Assembly: GCA_963728205.1 (NCBI GenBank)
Contig: CAVSIV010000006.1
Coordinates: forward strand, 384,001 to 448,000
Reading direction: 5' to 3'
Length of the DNA stretch: 64,000 bases
Source of the DNA: an uncultured Chloroflexia bacterium
GTDB taxonomy: Bacteria; Chloroflexota; Dehalococcoidia; UBA2979
Below the pieces are notes generated by a model. The model did no database searches. It was not told the origin of the DNA and saw only the letters and a list, made by a program, of their open reading frames with translations. A program made the translations under genes and the position numbers. Positions 17,134 through 25,510 of this stretch are shown here, piece after piece (within the stretch, counting starts at the first letter, position 1; each line of letters begins with the position of its first letter).

Positions 17134-17907
17134 ATGCCCGGCCGCGGACGCCCGCCGCACCCCGACATCCTCACGCCGGCCGAGCGCCGCGTGCTCGACG
17201 AGGTGCGCGCCGGCCGCACGAACCCGGAGATCGCGGAACGGCTCGAGGTGAGCGTGAACACCGTGCGCTACCACGTCTCGAACATGCTGGCGAAGCTCGG
17301 GCTGCCCGACCGCCGCGCGCTGGCGGCGTGGCGCGAGTCGCCGGACCGGCGGCGGCCGTGGGCGGCGCTCGCGGCGGGGCTGATCGGCCGCGCGGCGGCA
17401 GCGGCGGCGGTCGTCGGAGCCGGCGGGATCGTCGCACTCGTCCTCGTCGCCGGGCTGCGCGGGGCACGGCACCCGTCCGCCACGACCACTCCCACGACCA
17501 CGCTGAGCCCCGCGGTCGTGGAGCAGGCGAGCCGGGCCTCGGACGTCCTGCCGGCCGCGGACGGCAGGCGACTGCCGACCTTCTTCGAGTACACGGTGCG
17601 CCCCGGCGACACGCTCGACGGCGTCGCGACCACATTCCACATCCCCGCAGGCGACGTCCAGCAGAGCAACCCCGCAGTCGGATCCGACCCGACTGCCGCG
17701 TTGACCACCGGCGTGACGCTGCGCATCCCCGCCGTGTCGGGCGTCCTCTACCAGGTGCGTCCCGGCGACACGCTCGCGTCGATCGCGCGCGCGTACGGCG
17801 TCGCGGAGCGCGACATCGTCGCCTTCGTCGCGAACGGGCTGAGCGGCGGGGCCGCGCCGGAACCCGGGTCGCTCATCCTCATCCCGGGCGGCCGCGAACC
17901 GCGCTAG
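17134..17907 (+). CDS. LuxR-type HTH + TM + two LysM domains
   Basis: LTPAERRVL..GRTNPEIAERLEVSVNTVRYHVSNMLAKLG; hydrophobic segment; YTVRPGDTL and YQVRPGDTL LysM starts. Confidence 0.88.
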   Translation: MPGRGRPPHPDILTPAERRVLDEVRAGRTNPEIAERLEVSVNTVRYHVSNMLAKLGLPDRRALAAWRESPDRRRPWAALAAGLIGRAAAAAAVVGAGGIVALVLVAGLRGARHPSATTTPTTTLSPAVVEQASRASDVLPAADGRRLPTFFEYTVRPGDTLDGVATTFHIPAGDVQQSNPAVGSDPTAALTTGVTLRIPAVSGVLYQVRPGDTLASIARAYGVAERDIVAFVANGLSGGAAPEPGSLILIPGGREPR

Positions 17908-17970
17908 TCGCGAGACGGCGCCGCAGGATGCGAACCCTCTTCGCCTGCGAGCGAGCGCCCCAGCCGCCCC

Positions 17971-19375
17971 TCAGCTGCCCGCGGCCGCGCACGGGCACGT
18001 CGTCACCGTCGGCGTGATGCCGCCGACGTAGAGGATCCTCCCCACCTGGTCGGCGACGACGGACAACGGCGAGCCGTCCGGCGCCGTCGCCGACACCTGC
18101 CACGACGTGAAGGACGACATCGCATCGCCGACGGCGACGTGACGGGGAAGACCGCGCGGACAGCCCGGGGGCACGACCGCATTGGGGCGTTCGGCGTCGA
18201 AGCGCAGCCGGAACGTCCCCGTGTCCAGCTCAACCGTCAGGGTGTGAGCGGCCGCGTCGGCGACGCACGTCTCGCTTCCCGCTGCGAGCGCGACGAGGCC
18301 GTCGGCCACGTGGATTCGCGACCGGCAGACGCCGCCGGCGCACTCGGCCGTCGCCGGCCAATTCCCGATCGTCTGTCCGAGCGGCCCGAGCTTCGTCGCC
18401 CGGCTGAGGTCGAGGAACTCGCCGGTGTCGGTCGCCATCACGCCCTCGGGCAGGGGCGCCGGGCGGACGAACAGATGGCCGCGGTTGTCGACCGCCACCG
18501 GGTACCGGTGCCCCGCGGCGTCCGTGAGGTCGATGCCGATCTGCGGCCGCGGGTCGTCGATCTGCGTCGGATAGATGGCGACGGTATCGCGCCCGGTCGT
18601 CAGGAAGTTCGCGTTGCTGCCCGACTCCCGGGACGGCCAGGCAGACCAGAATCTCGAGAGCGAAGGTCCGCCCCGCGGAGTTGAAGTGCAGCAGCAGCCG
18701 CCCCGGCCACGCGCCGGTCACGGCCGGCGCCGATCCTGCCGCCCAGAGCGGACCGGCGGTCGCGTCGAACCGGATGTAGCCGGCGCGCGCGAGCCGGACC
18801 GCGGTGAATCCCGCGCGGTAGGACGTCTCGGCCGCCGGGAAGGGGTTGTAGGAGAGGGCGAAGGCCGCCCCCGTGTCGATGAAGCCGGCGGCGGTCAGAT
18901 TCTGCGGGGAAAGCGCGCGATAGCTCCCGGACTGCGCCAGGGGTATCGACGCGGACGCCGTCGCGAACGCGACGGCCGTGGGCGTGGAGCCGTTCGCAGC
19001 GACGGGTCCCGGGGAGGAGCGGGCAATGCGCATCCCGACGACCACCACCGCGGCGGTCACGCCGAGCGCCGCCGTTGCGACCGCGACTCGCCCCAGCACG
19101 CCGGCCGCGAGCGCCACACCGGCCCACTCGCGCCCTCGCGCGCGACGCTCTGTGGGCTCGCCACGCCAAGCGGCGAGCGCGTAACGGTCGGCGCATCCGA
19201 GCTTCGCCAGCATGCTGGAGACGTGCGTCTTTACCGTCGGCAACGCGACGCCGAGGCGGTCCGCGATCTCGGCGTTCGAGAGCCCCTCGCGCAGCGGCTC
19301 GAGGACGCGCCACTCCGCCGGCGTCAGCACGTCGGGATGGGGAGGGCGCCCGCGCGCGTGTCGTCGCCAGTCCAT
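17971..19375 (-). CDS. LuxR-type HTH + TM + Cys-rich extracellular domain (frameshift near 18600)
   Basis: RGRPPHPDVLTPAEWRVL..GLSNAEIADRLG..TVKTHVSSMLAKLG, then TM; the C-terminal part continues in ORF 17971..18498. Confidence 0.75.
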
Positions 19376-19404
19376 GCAACGAGCCTACGAGCGCGACCGG
19401 TGAA

Positions 19405-19659
19405 TTACCTCATACCTCGGCGGCGCTGGTCGGCTGCGTTGGCGGCACGCTCGGCCCGACGGATCCGCTCGGTCGACGGGAGGCGGCCGCGATACGCGCC
19501 GCGCAGTGACTCGATCGCATGCTCGGGGAGCGGTCGAATGACGACTCGATCGCCCACGTCGACCATCAAGACGCGGTCGGCGTTCCACCGCGCCCGTGTG
19601 GGCGCCGGAAGCGATACTCGTCCATTCGAAGACACCTTCATGACGTAGCTGGCGATCAC
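19405..19659 (-). CDS. AbrB/MazE-family antitoxin, orphan
   Basis: MKVSSNGRVSLPAPTRARW..VDVGDRVVIRP; no toxin gene follows. Confidence 0.8.
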   Translation of the reverse strand: MIASYVMKVSSNGRVSLPAPTRARWNADRVLMVDVGDRVVIRPLPEHAIESLRGAYRGRLPSTERIRRAERAANAADQRRRGMR

Positions 19660-19741
19660 GGGAGCACTCCCTCGTATGCCCGTGATCATCGCACCCCCGG
19701 TCCTGCGGATGGATTCCGCCGCGCACATGCGCCACCGCTCG

Positions 19742-20389
19742 TCACCGCCACGCCTTCGCGATCGCGACCGTCGGCATCTCCTCCAGCGTGAGGTCCGGGC
19801 TCACGAGCTCCGCGGCGGTCCCGCGGTGCGCCTGGAGCACCCCATCGCCGGCCGCGTCGACGACGTCGCCGAAGAGCCACGACCCGTCGGCACAGCGGTA
19901 GTTCGCGTGAGCGCCGTCGACGCCGCCGGTGGCGCCCGTGTCGAAGCGGCATTCCGTCCCGTCCGCAAGCACCACGAGCCAGTAGACGCGCGGCTGCGGC
20001 GGTGGCGTCGCCGCCGCGTCGGGCAGCGGCGCCGTCAGGCGGAGGAGAACACCGGCGTCGTCAATCGCGGGGTTCGCATTGCACACGACGTCGCCCGGGT
20101 CCGTGGCGAAGCATGGGTCGAAGAGATTCCGCCCGTCGGCGGCGGGCTGCTCGGTCGTGCAGCGCCATGCGTCGTCGCGGCCGTTCACCGTGAGCGCGTG
20201 TCCGAAGCACGAGCCGTCTTGCGGAGTGGCGGTCGGCGGCGGCCGCGGGGCGAAGCGGATCACGTCGGTGGCCATGTCCGGCGACGTCGCGTGCCCGCTG
20301 CAGGTAACCAACGGCACGATGACGGCGAGGACCCACATGGCGACACGGGCATGACCCGTCGACCGGCTCAAAAGGCGGAGCCTCCACAC
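19742..20389 (-). CDS. Cys-rich secreted or lipoprotein hypothetical
   Basis: Hydrophobic leader ending LVTC; GSCF..AWRC..DPCF..C..C..NYRC pattern. Confidence 0.7.
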   Translation of the reverse strand: MWRLRLLSRSTGHARVAMWVLAVIVPLVTCSGHATSPDMATDVIRFAPRPPPTATPQDGSCFGHALTVNGRDDAWRCTTEQPAADGRNLFDPCFATDPGDVVCNANPAIDDAGVLLRLTAPLPDAAATPPPQPRVYWLVVLADGTECRFDTGATGGVDGAHANYRCADGSWLFGDVVDAAGDGVLQAHRGTAAELVSPDLTLEEMPTVAIAKAWR

Positions 20390-20622
20390 GGCATGCTCCT
20401 TGCCGGACCCGACGCCTGCCGGCGGGGGCCGCCCCGTCATCCTCTCAAGCCACCTACACCAGTGTCCTCCTCGTGCGATCGTGACGGCGAGCCGCATCGG
20501 GGAAGGAGCACGAATCACGGCCCGCGGCGCCGTCGGTTTCCGAACGGCGGCCCGTCAGCGCGACCGGGATCCGTTGATCCGTGCCTGCATGACACCCGGG
20601 GCGCTCCAGCGGCGGCGAGAGC

Positions 20623-20668
20623 GAATGGACGGACGCCACCCGGCTGAATCGGGCGGCGTCCACCATTC
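20623..20668 (-). terminator. GC-rich stem-loop downstream of the repeat-peptide gene
   Basis: ggacgccacccg/cgggcggcgtcc stem; no clear U tract. Confidence 0.4.
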
Positions 20669-20709
20669 CCTGTGACACGCCGTCCGCGTCGGTTGGCGCA
20701 GCCGTCCAG

Positions 20710-20955
20710 TCAGTTGGGAAGGCCGTTGGCTGAGCCACCGGCCCAGTCGGGGATCCCATTCGCCGAGCCGCCAACCCAGTCGGGGATGCCGTTGGCTGAG
20801 CCGCCAACCCACTCGGGGATGCCGTTGGCCGAGCCGCCTACCCACTCGGGGATGCCGTTGGCCGAGCCGCCATTCGCGGAGCCCTGAGCCAGTGCCGGCG
20901 CCGCCGTCGCCAGCGTCAACACCGCTGCCAGCACAATCACAACGAGCCTCTTCAC
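20710..20955 (-). CDS. Small secreted peptide with tandem GGSANGIP(E/D)W(V/A) repeats
   Basis: RBS ggaggag; Sec signal MKRLVVIVLAAVLTLATAAPALA; four full 11-aa repeats plus partial ones; 33-nt DNA repeats differing mostly at synonymous sites. Confidence 0.85.
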   Translation of the reverse strand: MKRLVVIVLAAVLTLATAAPALAQGSANGGSANGIPEWVGGSANGIPEWVGGSANGIPDWVGGSANGIPDWAGGSANGLPN

Positions 20956-21102
20956 GTGGATTCTCCTCCGTCGCTCTGCGCCGTTCGATGCGTCAGCACG
21001 AAGGGCGCACGGTCTTCACATGGCTGTGGTCGCTTGAACCGCCCGTGCCCCTCCTTTCTCGGGATGCCGCCGGGGCGGTGCACGCGTCGGAACCGCCGCA
21101 CA

Positions 21103-21903
21103 TCAGCCCTGCGGCACCGCCGTGAGCTCCGCCATCGCGGCCTCCATCGCCTGCTGGTCGGGGCCGACGAACGGCGCCGCGGACGGCAGCCGCGCGAGCG
21201 TCGCGAGCAGCTCGCCCGCCATCCCACGCGCCGGCGGCAGGTGCGAGCTCAGCACGAGCTCCGACTCCAGCCGCTCAATCGTCGCCAGCTCGCGCTCGAA
21301 CGCCGAGCGTTCGACCTTGTGCACCCACGGCGTGTCGACGGCGCCCCAGAGCAGCTGGCCGTCGCGCCGCGCGCCCTCCGCGATCTCCCCGGCCTCCTGC
21401 GCCGGCTCCTGCAGCACCGCCCCGAAGCAGTCGGAGCTGAACAGCGCGCGCGAGCGCGAGTCGAAGAGCGCCGTCGTCGACGGGTTGTCGAACGTCGGCG
21501 GCTTGAGCGCGGTCAGCGTGCGGTCGCCCACGTCGAGCGACTGGCCCGGGTTGAGCAGGAAGACGCGGTCCATCGGCAGCGGCCGCGACAGGCTGAGCAG
21601 CCCGACGCCGAGGAACGTGGTGACGACCCGCAGCCGCGGTGCCTCCTCGAGCAGGCGGTGCAGGCTGCCGATGTGGTCCGCGTCGGGGTGCGTCAGCCAC
21701 AGCCAGCGCAGGTCGGCGGGGTCGATCACCGAGCGCAGCGTCGACATGAAGTCGTCGCTCTCCGGGATCAGCCCCGTGTCGACGAGCACCGGCTCGCGGG
21801 CGCGGATCACGAACGCGTTGACGGGGATAATCCCCATGCCGGGCACCGGGAAGTAGCTCGGCAGGACGACGGTGTCGTCGCGGACCTGGTACGGAGCTTC
21901 CAT
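21103..21903 (-). CDS. MBL-fold metallo-hydrolase (FprA/ODP-like)
   Basis: VLVDTG, THPDADHIG, LFSSDCFG. Confidence 0.88.
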   Translation of the reverse strand: MEAPYQVRDDTVVLPSYFPVPGMGIIPVNAFVIRAREPVLVDTGLIPESDDFMSTLRSVIDPADLRWLWLTHPDADHIGSLHRLLEEAPRLRVVTTFLGVGLLSLSRPLPMDRVFLLNPGQSLDVGDRTLTALKPPTFDNPSTTALFDSRSRALFSSDCFGAVLQEPAQEAGEIAEGARRDGQLLWGAVDTPWVHKVERSAFERELATIERLESELVLSSHLPPARGMAGELLATLARLPSAAPFVGPDQQAMEAAMAELTAVPQG

Positions 21904-22043
21904 GGCTCCCTCCTCTCTCCGGGACGCCGCCGGGGACGGGGCTCGCCGGCGTCGGGCACGAGACAGCGACGGCCCCTCCGCGGCCGTTGGCGCGCGTTGC
22001 GGGCGCCCCAGAGGGGCGTCGTCGGTCGCACGGATGGGCGGGG

Positions 22044-22439
22044 TCAGGCCGTCGCGGTGGCCTCCAGCTCGATCAGCAGCTCCGGGCGGGCGAGGCGCGA
22101 CACCCCGAGCAGCGTCGCCGCGTAGCGACAGCCGGCGGCGTCGAGCCGCTCCTGCAGCGCCGGCCGCGCGGCCGCGTAGGCGTCGACGTCGGTGACGTAG
22201 GTGTTGAGCCGCACGACGTCGGCGAGCGAGTAGCCGGCGGCATCGAGCAGCGTCTCGAGGTTGTCGAGGGCGCGCAGCGCCTGCGCCCGCATGTCGCCGG
22301 CGTGCTGCGGCGTGCCGTCGTCGTCAACGGAGACGACGCCGGCGCAGAAGAGCGTGCGTGCCGCGCCGGCGACGTCGTTCGCCTGCACGAAGCCCGCGCG
22401 CTGCTGCCAGGTCCACGGGTTGACGACCTGCCGGTTCAT
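22044..22439 (-). CDS. RidA/YjgF family protein
   Basis: QALRALDNL..DVVRLNTYVTD..LARPELLIELEATA. Confidence 0.9.
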   Translation of the reverse strand: MNRQVVNPWTWQQRAGFVQANDVAGAARTLFCAGVVSVDDDGTPQHAGDMRAQALRALDNLETLLDAAGYSLADVVRLNTYVTDVDAYAAARPALQERLDAAGCRYAATLLGVSRLARPELLIELEATATA

Positions 22440-22880
22440 GCGGGGCTCCCTTCGGTGCGCCCGCCGCCGGGGACGACGCCGGCGCGCTGGTGAGCCGGCA
22501 GCGCGAGCGTGAGCGCGATGCCGTCGGGGTCCTTGAAGTTCGAGCATCGGGCTCGTCGCCGCCTCCTCGATCTCGGAGCGCGCGACGCCGAGCGCGTCGA
22601 GGCGCGCGGCCCACGCGTCGAGGTCGTCGCGGGTCGGCACGGCGAGGCAGAGGTGGTCGAGCCCGGTGCGGCGCGGCGAGAAGCCGTCGTTGGCGCCGGC
22701 CGGGAAGTGCACGAGGCCGACGAGCACGGGCGCGCCGGGCAGCGTCATGATCACCGACTGGCGCTCCGGCGTGGTCTCGCGGAAGCGCTCTTCGAAGCCG
22801 AGCACGTCGTGGTACCAGCGGGCGCTGCGTTCGAGGTCGGTGACGGTGAGCCCGACATGTCGGAACCCGGTGATGGGCAT
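22440..22880 (-). CDS. VOC family protein (frameshift near 22540; 3' end approximate)
   Basis: FRHVGLTVTDLERSARWYHDVLGF and GLDHLCL; NFKDPDGIAL is recovered in another frame. Confidence 0.8.
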
Positions 22881-22889
22881 CGGCTGCTC

Positions 22890-23374
22890 CTCTCCGTGCG
22901 GTGCCGGTGGCGAAGCGGTGCGCGGCGGCAACGAGGTCCGCGACGACGTCGAGCCTCGCGCGCGTCGCGCGGCGCGTAGACCATGACGACGGTCGGGGGC
23001 AGCTCGCCGGTCGCGACGAGCGGGTGCGGCTCGGCCCAGCCGGCGCGGCAGGCGTCGGCGGCGAGCGCGGCGGGGAGGCAGAGGTGCAGGCTGTGATCGT
23101 CGCCGGGGTGCAGGTGCGCGAACTCGCGCCTCGGCGCGGCCGGCGAAGAACGCCGCCGCCGGGCCGGCGGCGGCCTCCGGGTCGAGCACGAGCGCGCGCG
23201 GCGCCCGGCACCGAGACCTGGCTCGGGCGTTCGCCGACGCCGCGCAGCGCGAAGACGCGGGCCGCGAGCGCGTCGCGGAGGCACGCCGTCGGCGGGCTGC
23301 TGCGTGAGCTGGGTGTGCGGCAGCCCGGGCGTGGTGCGCGGGCGGCGGCCGGGTCGGACGGGCAGGGGGTGCAC
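22890..23374 (-). pseudogene. DUF5519/luciferase-like domain protein, multiple frameshifts
   Basis: PHTQLTQQP, REFAHLHP.DHSLHL.LP, GWAEPHP and VMVYAPRD fragments lie in different frames. Confidence 0.7.
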
Positions 23375-23392
23375 GTCGGAGCCTCCGCCGAA

Positions 23393-23422
23393 GTAGAATG
23401 TAATTGTGTAATGACGTTCTAC
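23393..23422. promoter_or_regulatory. AT-rich palindrome, likely TetR operator
   Basis: gtagaatgtaattgtgtaatgacgttctac between the divergent operon and tetR. Confidence 0.6.
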
Positions 23423-23533
23423 ATCGTGACGACAGGAGCCGCCAAGCCCATGCCCCACGCCGCCCGCCCGACATCGCGAGCATGCACCGGCGCCGGTCGC
23501 CGGCCCGCCGCAGCGCACCTGAATGGAGCCGCC

Positions 23534-24191
23534 GTGACCCAGTCGCGACGCACCGCCGGCCGGCGCGCGGCGCCCGCGGCCGCGCGACCCGCTCGCGCAT
23601 CATCGCGGCCGCCAACGCCCTCTTCCTGCGCGACGGCTACCTCGCGACGACGTCGGCGCGATCGCCGCCGATGCCGGGGTCGCCGTGCAGAGCCTCTACC
23701 TCGCGTTCGGCAGCAAGCTCGGCGTCCTGTCGGCGGTGCTGGACGTCGCGATCGTCGGCGACGAGGAACCGGTGGAGCTGCTGGAGCGCGCGTGGATGCA
23801 GCGCGTCGTCACGGCTCCGGACGGGCCGGGCGCGGTGAGCGTGTTCGTCGCGGAGCTGCGCGCCATCCTCGCGCGCACCTACCCGGTCTACGCCGTCCTC
23901 CAGGCCGCCGCCGCCAGCGAGGCCGGCGAGCTGCTCGCCGAGAACAAGCGCCAGCGGCTCGCGGGCATGCGCGCGGTCGCGGGCGCGCTGAGCGCGAAGC
24001 CGGGCTTCGCCGCGGGGCTCGGGGTGGAGCGCGCCACCGACCTGCTCTACGCGCTCGCGAGCGAGGAGCAGTACGGATTGCTCGTGGTCGAGCGCGGCTG
24101 GGCGCCCGAGGACTGGGAGGCGTGGCTGCGCGAGCTGCTCACCGAGCTCAACTTCCCGCGCACAACGCGTGCTTCGAGCGGCGCCGGGTGA
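23534..24191 (+). CDS. TetR/AcrR regulator (frameshifts in the 5' part)
   Basis: TRSRIIAAANALFLRDGY joins IAADAGVAVQSLYLAFGSK across frames. Confidence 0.8.
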
Positions 24192-24621
24192 CGGCGCTGA
24201 GGGGCGCCGACGCTGAGGGCCGGCGGCGCTGAGCACCGACGGGCGACGACGTTGTCGGCGCCGTCCGACGCAATCGTCGAGTGCCGCAGCGCGTCGGCGG
24301 GGAGCCTTGTCGTCGACTTCGTCATCAGCGCGGCGCGGCTCCGGTTCACCGCGTTCAGCGCAGGAGACGTTCGCCCGCCAGGGTGCGCCTCGGCGCATAC
24401 CGGCCGTGTCGCGCGGGGAGATGTAGATCGTCGCGTACCCGTTGTGGGACGTCACCGCGTTGGCGCCGAGCGGGGCGGAGCTGCCCGTGGCGTCGGACGA
24501 CCAGCGGACGCTGTACGTGGGCTTCACCTCGTCCATCACCACGTGCCCCTGCGCACAGCCGGGGAACTGAGGGGCCCGCAATCCTGCTGGCCTCTCCCTC
24601 GACGCGCTCGCACGCTGCTAG

Positions 24622-24645
24622 CCTTACTTCACCGCAGAAGTAAGG
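24622..24645. promoter_or_regulatory. Perfect 9-bp inverted repeat, TA operator
   Basis: ccttacttc-accgca-gaagtaagg upstream of the AbrB antitoxin. Confidence 0.7.
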
Positions 24646-24653
24646 AGCATGTC

Positions 24654-24902
24654 GTGCACGTCACCGCCCGCATCACGTCGAAGGGCCAGGTCACGATCCC
24701 GCGCTCCGTGCGCGAAGCGCTCGACCTGCACGAAGGGGACGCCGTCGTCTTCCGAGTGGAAGGCAGCCGCGCCGTGCTCGCGAGAACCCCCGATCTGCTC
24801 GACCTCGCCGGCGCGATCAGCGTGCCGGCGGCGAAGCGCGGCACGCCATGGGACGAGGTGCTGCGACAGACGCGCCGCGCGCGGGGTGCGTCGCGGCGGT
24901 GA
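24654..24902 (+). CDS. vapB: AbrB/MazE-family antitoxin (VapB)
   Basis: ITSKGQVTIPRSVREALDLHEGD motif. Confidence 0.9.
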   Translation: MHVTARITSKGQVTIPRSVREALDLHEGDAVVFRVEGSRAVLARTPDLLDLAGAISVPAAKRGTPWDEVLRQTRRARGASRR

Positions 24903-25302
24903 GGCGCGTTCGTCGACACCAACGTGCTCGTGCGCCACCTCACCGGCGATCCGCCGGCGCAAGCGCGCCGGGCGACGCGCTACCTCGCGCGCGCCGACGA
25001 GCTGCTCCTCCCCGAATCTGATCGTCGCGGAGGTCGCGTACGTGCTCGAGTCGTACTACGAGGCGCCGCGCGCGGACGTCGCGCAGGCCCTTCGCGCCAT
25101 CCTCGCGTTCCCCGCGGTGCGCGTGCTGGACGACGACCTGCTGCAGCGCGCCGTAGAGATCTACCGAGGTCCACCGCCTCGACTGGGCCGACGCCTACCT
25201 CGTCGCGAGCGCGGAGCGGACCGGCGTGGGCGCGGTGGCATCGTTCGACCGCGCCATCGATCGCGTCGGCAGTCGACCGTGCGGCGCGAGGAACCGGCGT
25301 GA
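24899..25302 (+). pseudogene. vapC: PIN-domain toxin VapC with several frameshifts
   Basis: FVDTNVLVR, IVAEVAYVL, DWADAYLVA and SFDR fragments lie in shifting frames. Confidence 0.8.
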
Positions 25303-25510
25303 GGCGCACGACTCCCGCGCCGCTCAGCGCCTTGACCAGGTGGATGGTCGCCGTGGGGAAGGTAGGGAATCCGCTCGCGAGGCGCCGCTCGAAGCGAGCG
25401 CCTGCGCCGACCGGGCCACCACGATTCTGATGACAGCCACCGCCCGCTTCCCGTAGCCTCCCCGCAACCGCACTCCGCCACCACGGCCGCGCTGCAAGGG
25501 AACGCACGGG

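Noticed and set aside
22044-23615. VOC-RidA fusion protein
   Set aside because: A single extra base near 22540 removes the VOC FKDPDG motif from frame, and RidA has its own start codon.
24230-24600. Possible gene between tetR and vapB
   Set aside because: No coherent frame or recognisable motif; at most a fragment.
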